A stretch of 59,890 nucleotides of DNA from Patescibacteria group bacterium UBA6033 (GTDB lineage Bacteria; Patescibacteriota; Minisyncoccia; Phycocordibacterales; Phycocordibacteraceae). Positions within the stretch are counted from its first letter, which is position 1. Each line of letters starts with the position of its first letter. Below, one piece after another: positions 53,000-59,890 of this stretch. The notes beneath the pieces are model-generated. The model was not told where the DNA came from and made no database searches. It was given only the letters and a program-made list of their open reading frames with translations. The translations under genes and the position numbers were made by a program. The stretch lies in the NCBI GenBank assembly GCA_002429325.1, contig DIZH01000012.1, positions 47,338 through 107,227 of the forward strand. Direction: 5' to 3'.

Positions 53000-54559
53000 T
53001 TAGTAGACTTTTACTTCATAAGGGATCTGCTTGAAGACGATATTGTGCCTTGCGAGCGTATCGTCATCAATCAAGCACCGGTCTGCATATATTACTTTTT
53101 TGCCATCGGTATCCTTAATCTTTTTGAGAAATGACTTATCAAGGTCGTTCTTATTCTTGCCTTTATAAAGCAGGTAATATTCTGTCGTCTCAAGTTCGCC
53201 GATAAAATTATCATCAATTTTCTTGGGGTCTATATTCGTTTGAGTCTCAGTAAAATAAATGTAAGTAGCAAACTGCCTAAAGTCACAAGTTTCTTCAATC
53301 TGGCCACGTTCATTAAAGAGAGGCTTGTCGAGCTCGCAATATTCAAAGCCATCTTCGTAGCCATATTTTTTAATGGCTCTTTTGACTCTCTCGGCAGTTA
53401 TATCTTTTACAACCTTATCTTCCATTTCAACCATGATAAATTGGCGAGTACCACCATCCTCCTTATTCAAATCCAAAACCGCGTGGCCGGTAGTGCCTGA
53501 ACCCGCAAAAGAATCCAGTACTGTAGAATTTTCATCGCCACCATGCTTAATAAGAAATTTAATTAATTCTACTGGTTTTGGAGTATCAAATTGATCTTTT
53601 GTTCCAAAAATTTCTGTTAGCGCGGTAGATGCATCGGCAGTGTTAGCAAGATCATAAATAATACTTCTCGCCTTAATAACCTTATTCTTATCAGCTTCAA
53701 AATATATTTTTTCGTATGCCTGCCACTGATCGTTTTTCTTTTGAAATTCAATTAAATTGGCTTCAATTAATTCCTGCATTCTTATTTTTCCAACACGCCA
53801 ACGACCATCACTTCCGTCAGGAGCAATCGGAAGGACTTTAGTTTTGTCAGGAGCAGTAATAGGAAAATGCATGCTTGGTCTATCTTCTTTTCTAGCTGTA
53901 TTACCCCACTTTGCTAATTTTAAGAGAGTATATTTTCCTTCGGAATCAGTCTTGTTGTATTTTGAATCATTTTCCAAGACAACTTCATCTCTCCATACAA
54001 AAGACTCACTTTTCCTAAAAGTCATTATGTACTCATGCTCACGTACAAAATTAGCATCAGCTTGTCCGCCACCTTCTTTTTTTCTCCAAATAAAACTTCC
54101 AACGAAATTAACCTCACCAAAAATTTCATCCATTAACAATCTCAGGTTGCAATGCTCATTTTCATCAATAGAAATAAAGATAGCACCATCATCTGCCAGC
54201 AGATCTCTGAGGAGCTTCAACCTCGGATACATCATGCAGAGCCACTTGTCATGACGAGTGAGATCATCTAATTTCACAGTCTTTTTGAGCCACTGCTTGA
54301 TCTTGGGAGAATTAACTTTGTCGTTGTATACCCAACCCTCGTTACCGGTGTTATAGGGTGGATCGATATAAATACACTTTATTTTGCCGTAATAATAAGG
54401 CATGAGACCTTTCAGTGCCTCAAGATTGTCTCCGTGAATTATAAGATTTTGAGAATTGTCACCAACGGATGCTGTCTTAATCTTTTTCAGCAACTTAAAA
54501 GGCACCTCCTTGTCGTGGTTTACTACAGCTTCTTTTCCAATCCAGTTTAGTGATGCCAT
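53000..54559 (-). CDS. mod: type III (beta-class) DNA methyltransferase Mod subunit
   Basis: LNWIGKE N-terminus, motif IV IYIDPPYNTG preceding motif I VLDSFAGSGTTGHA (beta permutation). Confidence 0.88.
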   Translation of the reverse strand: MASLNWIGKEAVVNHDKEVPFKLLKKIKTASVGDNSQNLIIHGDNLEALKGLMPYYYGKIKCIYIDPPYNTGNEGWVYNDKVNSPKIKQWLKKTVKLDDLTRHDKWLCMMYPRLKLLRDLLADDGAIFISIDENEHCNLRLLMDEIFGEVNFVGSFIWRKKEGGGQADANFVREHEYIMTFRKSESFVWRDEVVLENDSKYNKTDSEGKYTLLKLAKWGNTARKEDRPSMHFPITAPDKTKVLPIAPDGSDGRWRVGKIRMQELIEANLIEFQKKNDQWQAYEKIYFEADKNKVIKARSIIYDLANTADASTALTEIFGTKDQFDTPKPVELIKFLIKHGGDENSTVLDSFAGSGTTGHAVLDLNKEDGGTRQFIMVEMEDKVVKDITAERVKRAIKKYGYEDGFEYCELDKPLFNERGQIEETCDFRQFATYIYFTETQTNIDPKKIDDNFIGELETTEYYLLYKGKNKNDLDKSFLKKIKDTDGKKVIYADRCLIDDDTLARHNIVFKQIPYEVKVY

Positions 54560-54562
54560 ATA

Positions 54563-55459
54563 TTATTTGCTTGCTTCGTACTTAAAATTCTCCGGAATCT
54601 TCCAGACACCTTTTTCTCGGAAAGCAGGAATCTTCTGCCGACGCGCGGCGTTGGAGAGAGCCGGTCCCGACAAAGAATGCTTCTTGGTGTAATCAGACAA
54701 AGGAATAATAGTCTCGCCTTTGAGATAGGTGATGCGTTTGTGGAATGATTCCATAAGACCGAGTACCAGAATCTTTTCCATCGTTTTAGTATTTTTACTA
54801 TCTCGATAATCGCCGAATGCCTGATAGTATTCTTTTTTCTCCCGGTCCCGAACGATGACACTTGGGAAGCCAAGTCGCTGGAGTTGATAGTTAATAAGCA
54901 CCCGTCCTATACGGCCATTACCGTCGTTAAACGGATGGATAGTTTCAAACTCCAAATGGAATTTACCGACCTTATCTAGGAAATAGGAATTGTGGTCACT
55001 GGTGTATTCAACCAATGTCGCCTCAATCATGCGTTCAACGTGCTCCGGAGCCGGTGCAATATGTGTCCCAACACGAACATACTCTCCTTTGGTGCGAAAG
55101 CGACCGGCGATCTGATCATTAATACCGCCGATCAACATCTGATGAAGTAACAAGATTGTTTCTTTGCCGATTTCGCCTTCCTGTGATTTGGTGCGGATAT
55201 AACCGGTAACTCTGGCAAGATTTTTTGCTTCAAAAACTTCGCGTACAGAAACATCACGTGATACTTCCATATCAAGCAAAATCTTCTCTGTTTCTTTAAG
55301 AGTCAATGTGGAGTTCTCGATTGCGTTTGAGTTATAAACCGCCTCCGGAACCTCTGCCTCATCAACCATCACCAAAAGAGATTCCTTGCCTTTGCGAATG
55401 GAGTCATACTCGGCCTTGAGTTCTTGAATACGCTTTTTTGTGGGGTTATTAATCGCCAT
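54563..55459 (-). CDS. fic: Fic-family protein (class II, N-terminal inhibitory helix)
   Basis: Fic motif HPFNDGNGRIGR; N-terminal SNAIEN fits the [S/T]xxxE[G/N] alpha-inh motif. Confidence 0.88.
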   Translation of the reverse strand: MAINNPTKKRIQELKAEYDSIRKGKESLLVMVDEAEVPEAVYNSNAIENSTLTLKETEKILLDMEVSRDVSVREVFEAKNLARVTGYIRTKSQEGEIGKETILLLHQMLIGGINDQIAGRFRTKGEYVRVGTHIAPAPEHVERMIEATLVEYTSDHNSYFLDKVGKFHLEFETIHPFNDGNGRIGRVLINYQLQRLGFPSVIVRDREKKEYYQAFGDYRDSKNTKTMEKILVLGLMESFHKRITYLKGETIIPLSDYTKKHSLSGPALSNAARRQKIPAFREKGVWKIPENFKYEASK

Positions 55460-55571
55460 ATAGCTATATAATAGTCTTTTAACACCTAAAAGTCAATAAG
55501 CTGTGAATAGAGCTTGAAACTCTGGTCTATTCACCACATAATATGCTAGAATAGCCTTGTTGGGCAATAAG

Positions 55572-56237
55572 ATGATTATGAAAATGAAAAAGGCCACTTT
55601 GGCCAAGAAATACAAATTTTCAATACTCCGATCCGTAAGTAAGACCAGCTCTTATCCTTTTTCAGTCTCTACTGTCACTGACAAACTCCGGTCCTCTCTG
55701 AAAGACTTTGCTGACGTAGAGAACCCGCAAGAAATTATTAAAGCTAGCGATCCGGCTATCGTAGCTCTAACCCAAGCAATAAACCGAAACACACAGAGCG
55801 TGGAGTCGATGACTCGAGCGTACCAAACCGCACTAGGAAAGGTTGCTGATTTGGAAAAGAATATTGCTCAGATGGTGGCCGAGGGTGCGGCCTATAGGCT
55901 AGCCGCCAAAAGAACAAAACTGGCAGACAAAAGTAAGATTATCTATTTCTCGAGCGACGGAGATTTATACCGTGAGCCAAAAGCCAAACATTGCTACCCT
56001 ATGGGCAAGGAAATGCAAAGACAAAAGATGGTACGAATTCTAATCGAACGTAAAACATTCGTACCGACTGATGCGCTGGTAGAACTTACCGGAAGCAAAA
56101 GCAGAAAGGCCATACACAATGCCAAGCTGATGATCAATGACAAAACCAAATACCATCTCGGCATTCCTCATTTTATAATCGGCCGGTCCGTCAGTGGTTA
56201 TAAAATCAATCCGGAATACAAAATAAAACTGGTGTAG
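55572..56237 (+). CDS. hypothetical protein (phage/plasmid-like)
   Basis: ORF divergent from the fic operon; ATG 55572 preferred over TTG 55557; basic C-terminal part may bind DNA. Confidence 0.55.
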   Translation: MIMKMKKATLAKKYKFSILRSVSKTSSYPFSVSTVTDKLRSSLKDFADVENPQEIIKASDPAIVALTQAINRNTQSVESMTRAYQTALGKVADLEKNIAQMVAEGAAYRLAAKRTKLADKSKIIYFSSDGDLYREPKAKHCYPMGKEMQRQKMVRILIERKTFVPTDALVELTGSKSRKAIHNAKLMINDKTKYHLGIPHFIIGRSVSGYKINPEYKIKLV

Positions 56238-56392
56238 CTCTAGTGTAGTTAATAACTCGCAAAACAAGTGGCCAAAATGGTCGCTTTTTTGTTTGCCAAC
56301 TTTACCAGCACTATATTCCAGAAGCCATATCGCGATTGCTATAAAGAATATGTGTGAGAGTAGAAAGTTAATGACGATGAAAATGCCAAAAT

Positions 56393-56635
56393 ATGGAAAA
56401 CAATTACTACAAAACCGCCGACCTGGCATTGGTCGCGGTGCTTTTATTATTTATTCCTGATTCTCTTGAGGTCGTGGATCGGGGAAATCCGCACAAGGTG
56501 CTCTTCTGCTTCGGCAAGAGCCCTGACTTGGATTCTCTGGTGAAGCGATATTGGAGCCGCGAGCTTCAGGTCGAGCCTCAAGCGTTCTTCAACGAGGTCA
56601 AACAGGTCAAGGTACGGATTTACGCCGAGAACTAA
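56393..56635 (+). CDS. DUF5659-like small protein
   Basis: YKTADLALVAVLL...HKVLFCFGKSPDLDSLVKRYWSRELQVEPQAFFNEVKQVK resembles the phage-associated DUF5659 pattern (recalled from memory). Confidence 0.55.
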   Translation: MENNYYKTADLALVAVLLLFIPDSLEVVDRGNPHKVLFCFGKSPDLDSLVKRYWSRELQVEPQAFFNEVKQVKVRIYAEN

Positions 56636-56640
56636 GACCT

Positions 56641-56850
56641 GTGAAAATAAAACCGGAAACGCTGGAGAAGCTCCGCGTGATTCTCAAAAAAGACTTCGGG
56701 CAGGAAGTGAATGACCAAGACCTGCACGACATCGCATTCAATCTCGTAAATTATTACGATGCCTTGTCGCGATTCTATCTCGAGGACATCACCAGTGGTC
56801 GAACGCTCATTGAGCCATATGACAATGTACCCAAGCGACAAGAAGTATAA
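56641..56850 (+). CDS. small hypothetical protein (69 aa, GTG start)
   Basis: In-frame GTG right after the preceding stop; weak. Confidence 0.35.
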   Translation: MKIKPETLEKLRVILKKDFGQEVNDQDLHDIAFNLVNYYDALSRFYLEDITSGRTLIEPYDNVPKRQEV

Positions 56851-57406
56851 GGTCCGAGATTACCGCGAAGCCCCGTTTGCCTACCAAGACAAACCGGCTT
56901 TGCGGTTTATGCGTCAGCAATGGCTCGATAAGAAAGTGAGCGACGATGCGTATCGCAATCTGCGTAACGTGTATTGCGCTTTGACCGAGATCGCTTCGAA
57001 CAAAGCGAGCCAGACCATAGAAGCATCAAACCGAACGCTTCGCCTTTACTGCGGCCTCAAAGATTGGCGAACGATTAAGAAGTGTTTGGATAAGCTCGAG
57101 GAGTGGGCTTTTGTCGCGATCACGAAAATCCGAGGCGAGGATGCCAAGTTCAAACCCCGAAGCATCACTTTGCTCTCCATCCTACATCTGAAGCAGGACG
57201 GTGGCCGATCAGCACGAAATGCCGAACGGCATGACACGCACACTGCGTCCGACGGCGATGATATAGAAGCTAAGGGATTAAAAGAAATTAAAGAAAATTA
57301 TAAAGAAGTTAACGGCGGAAACCAGATCAGGAAAATAAACCAGATGAAAGCCGATCTTGTGGCCAAGATGTCGTTCTCGTCGAATCGACATAAACGTAAT
57401 TACTAA
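56819..57406 (+). CDS. hypothetical winged-helix-like protein (possible replication/regulatory protein)
   Basis: ATG 56819 (MTMYPSDKKYK...); central segment NRTLRLYCGLKDWRTIKKCLDKLEEWAFVAI looks wHTH-like. Confidence 0.5.
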   Translation: MTMYPSDKKYKVRDYREAPFAYQDKPALRFMRQQWLDKKVSDDAYRNLRNVYCALTEIASNKASQTIEASNRTLRLYCGLKDWRTIKKCLDKLEEWAFVAITKIRGEDAKFKPRSITLLSILHLKQDGGRSARNAERHDTHTASDGDDIEAKGLKEIKENYKEVNGGNQIRKINQMKADLVAKMSFSSNRHKRNY

Positions 57407-57411
57407 AATCT

Positions 57412-57618
57412 ATGACCAAGCCTAAAAAGAAAACTGAAATTGAAATCGCTGACGATATCATCCGAAAGAATATGCCAAAAGCGGCAGAAGTTCTGATATC
57501 ACTTCTGGAAAGCAAAGACAAAGTGGTAAGAGCCCATGCGGCCGCTTACATCATTGAATGGGTAACCGGTAGACCACTCCTCATCATCCCAATTGAGAGC
57601 AAGAAAAGACTCTACTAA
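57412..57618 (+). CDS. small hypothetical protein (68 aa)
   Basis: Compact ORF in a co-directional gene string. Confidence 0.45.
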   Translation: MTKPKKKTEIEIADDIIRKNMPKAAEVLISLLESKDKVVRAHAAAYIIEWVTGRPLLIIPIESKKRLY

Positions 57619-57630
57619 ACACAACTTTTT

Positions 57631-58206
57631 ATGGCCAAGCTGAAACATATAACCAAATACCATGAACGCGCACTCGAGCTGAAATATAAAGGCTATTCCT
57701 ACCAAAATATTGCCGAGGATATAAATCATCGATTCCAAAAAAGTAGAAAGGCAAAATTCACCGAGCAAACGATTAAGGATTGGTTCAAGCAATCAGGAAC
57801 ACTACAGGAAACCTACCGGCTCTACGCGCAGGAACTGGATCTCATTCACCAAGAAACTGTAGACATAGTCCGGAAAGCCGGTGTGCGTGTTCGTGAGCAA
57901 AACTTTCGTCTGGCCAATGAAATGCTTGTAGCCCTTATGGGAAGCCAGCAAGACAATGTGAAGCTGGCGGCCATTAAAGAATTACTGGATCGTGTTGAGG
58001 GTCATCCAAAAGACAGAATTGAACTCAGTAAGCTGAATTTCACTGAAATGTCGCCAGGCGATCGCTGGGAATTTATTCCCTATGAGATGCAACTTGCCTT
58101 GGCACGCAATCAGTATCCCGATGCCAAAGCCGCGATAATAAAAAAGTGGCTTGCGGATGGAGAACCAGCTGTGGGCAACTCGAGCTTAGCGGATGAGCAA
58201 GATTAG
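57631..58206 (+). CDS. HTH-containing hypothetical protein
   Basis: N-terminal ELKYKGYSYQNIAEDINHRF...TEQTIKDWFKQSG looks like an HTH. Confidence 0.55.
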   Translation: MAKLKHITKYHERALELKYKGYSYQNIAEDINHRFQKSRKAKFTEQTIKDWFKQSGTLQETYRLYAQELDLIHQETVDIVRKAGVRVREQNFRLANEMLVALMGSQQDNVKLAAIKELLDRVEGHPKDRIELSKLNFTEMSPGDRWEFIPYEMQLALARNQYPDAKAAIIKKWLADGEPAVGNSSLADEQD

Positions 58207-58263
58207 TATAGGGTGTGTCGTGGTACGAAAAGTCGCATTCGAACCAACAAAATTATTAACTAA

Positions 58264-59880
58264 ATGATTATGACAATGAATCAAGAAAATCAATCGATGC
58301 AAGCCGTAGGCTACGCCCGGGTGTCTTCCAAGGATCAGGAGGACACCGGCTATTCGCTTCCAGCTCAAGAGAAACTTTTGCGAGATTATGCCGACCGGAA
58401 CGGTTTTGAGCTCGTAAAAGTTTTTGCCATTCAAGAATCGGCCGCTGGAAAAATTCAGCGCAAGATATTTCACGAAATGTTGGAGTATGTAACCAAGTCC
58501 AAGATCAACACGGTCTTCGTGGAAACGACCGATCGCCTGACCCGTAACTTTGCCGATGTGCCGATAATCGACGAATGGATACTGGCCGATGAAAAGCACA
58601 CAATCCACTTGGTCAAAGAGGGCTGTACGCTACACAAAGACTCCAAGTCGCATGAGTGGTTTATGTGGCGAGTGAAAGTGGCTACGGCCGAATATTACAT
58701 CCGACTTCTTTCCGAGAATGTAAAGAAAGGACAAAAGGAAAAACTGGCTCAAGGCTGGCTACCAAGCAAGCCACCGCTCGGATATAAAACTATCGGCGAG
58801 AAAGGACACAAAATTCATGTGATAGACGAAGAAAAATCACCGATGGTTAAGAAAATGTTTGATCTCTATGCCACCAACGTAAGCTCAACTAAAAGACTGG
58901 CTGATGAAATGTACAAGCTCGGTATGAGATCTCGAGGAGGAAATAAAGTGAGTCACTCACGAGTCCACCAGCTCCTCGGTGATCCGTTCTACTACGGAAT
59001 GAATCGTTGGAACGGCAAGATTGGCAAAGGTGAACACGAGCCGCTCATCACCAAAGAATTATTTATGCGATGCCAAGACATCATGCATAGTAACGGCACG
59101 CCGAAACACAATAAGCACAACTCACTCTTTAAGAACGTCTTCCGCTGTGACGAATGCAAAGGAAAGGTGACGTGGGAGATACAGAAAGGCCACTGGTATG
59201 GCCACTGCAACCATTATAAAAACTGTTCGCAACGGGAATGGGTCAAACAGGAAAATGTTGATCTGCAGGTAATGGAGAATATTGAGCAATTAAGCTCGAA
59301 GCACGATGAGGCAATAGAAAACATGCTTGGTTGGGTCCAAACAGCTCTCAGGGAAAGTCATGGCGAGGAAATAGAATTCAGGGAAAAGGCCACTGGCGAG
59401 CTCGAACGACGCTACCAGGTAGCCACGCAGAGACTGGACAAGATATACGATGACAAGATCGACGGCAAAATAAGCGAGGATTTCTATCAGAAAAAGTACG
59501 AGCAGTACAAGCTCGAGCAGGAGGAAGTGATGGATAGCCTCAACAAGCATAAGAATGCCAACCTCAAGTACTACGATATGGGATCGACCTTCCTACAAAT
59601 GGCCAAGGAAGCGAGAAAGATTTATGTAAACCGAAGCAGTATTGAAATGGTCGACGACAAAAAACTGCTTATGTCCCTTTTATTTTCGAACTCGACGATA
59701 AATGGCAAGAAAGTTGAGATTTCATACCACAAAGCCTTCAAAATGGTCTCTGACCGAGTAATGCAGATGTTAGGAGAAAATGTAGACGAAAAAAAGACTT
59801 TCGAACCGCCAAAAGAGCCCGTCAATAAAGGAAAAACACCAGCTTTCGCTGATGCTCATCCTATCTGGCTCCGCGGGTAG
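58264..59880 (+). CDS. large serine recombinase (integrase)
   Basis: Resolvase catalytic domain AVGYARVSSKDQ (Ser nucleophile), recombinase domain, Cys-rich zinc ribbon CDECKGKVTW...GHCNHYKNC, coiled-coil C-terminus. Confidence 0.9.
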   Translation: MIMTMNQENQSMQAVGYARVSSKDQEDTGYSLPAQEKLLRDYADRNGFELVKVFAIQESAAGKIQRKIFHEMLEYVTKSKINTVFVETTDRLTRNFADVPIIDEWILADEKHTIHLVKEGCTLHKDSKSHEWFMWRVKVATAEYYIRLLSENVKKGQKEKLAQGWLPSKPPLGYKTIGEKGHKIHVIDEEKSPMVKKMFDLYATNVSSTKRLADEMYKLGMRSRGGNKVSHSRVHQLLGDPFYYGMNRWNGKIGKGEHEPLITKELFMRCQDIMHSNGTPKHNKHNSLFKNVFRCDECKGKVTWEIQKGHWYGHCNHYKNCSQREWVKQENVDLQVMENIEQLSSKHDEAIENMLGWVQTALRESHGEEIEFREKATGELERRYQVATQRLDKIYDDKIDGKISEDFYQKKYEQYKLEQEEVMDSLNKHKNANLKYYDMGSTFLQMAKEARKIYVNRSSIEMVDDKKLLMSLLFSNSTINGKKVEISYHKAFKMVSDRVMQMLGENVDEKKTFEPPKEPVNKGKTPAFADAHPIWLRG

Positions 59881-59890
59881 GATTCGAACC
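59866..59890 (-). tRNA. 3' end of a tRNA gene (truncated by the window edge)
   Basis: Minus strand reads GGTTCGAATCCTAC-CCGCGGA-G-CCA: T-loop, T-stem 3' half, acceptor 3' half, discriminator G, encoded CCA. Confidence 0.7.

Larger units (their letters stand above)
55460..59890. mobile_element. probable integrated element (phage/plasmid-like genes plus large serine recombinase) abutting a tRNA gene. The left boundary is unknown; the element may extend to ~47.2 kb and include the defence cassette
   Basis: Serine recombinase gene overlaps the tRNA 3' end; small HTH/DUF5659-type genes; AT-rich composition by eye. Confidence 0.5.

Overview
About 60 kb of bacterial chromosome. Gene content and small protein sizes suggest a reduced-genome uncultivated lineage (Patescibacteria/CPR-like; inference only). 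All motif, repeat and GC statements were made by eye; no search or computation was run.

- **0-15.5 kb:** housekeeping block with PBP2, an MreD-position protein, MreC, MreB, ProRS, RseP, Frr, HolB-like, a second MreB, MurA, Def-Fmt, HPF, DUF167 and a cold-shock protein.
- **15.9-19.3 kb (most unusual locus):** an atypical IS110-family-like recombinase gene. On its own strand it is flanked by two full copies and one truncated copy of a 615-650 nt highly structured non-coding unit. Each full unit has about eleven hairpins. Seven share a GAC/GTC cap around roughly 33-37 nt loops that differ completely between copies, while the stems are conserved or compensated.
- **19.4-39 kb:** stand-alone response regulators, a PAS / histidine kinase / ECF sigma cluster, envelope enzymes (polysaccharide deacetylase, PAP2, C39-like peptidase, L,D-transpeptidase) and secreted repeat proteins. 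Also here are a P-type ATPase lacking the CPC motif and a secreted protein ending in a Hint (intein-like) domain.
- **From ~40 kb (looks more AT-rich):** a kinase / giant surface protein / receiver module bracketed by a 123-nt direct repeat, then a tightly packed Fic - type III Mod - Res - KAP NTPase cassette. It ends with a small phage/plasmid-like module whose large serine recombinase gene overlaps the 3' end of a tRNA gene at the window edge.

No rRNA, no complete tRNA and no CRISPR array were seen.
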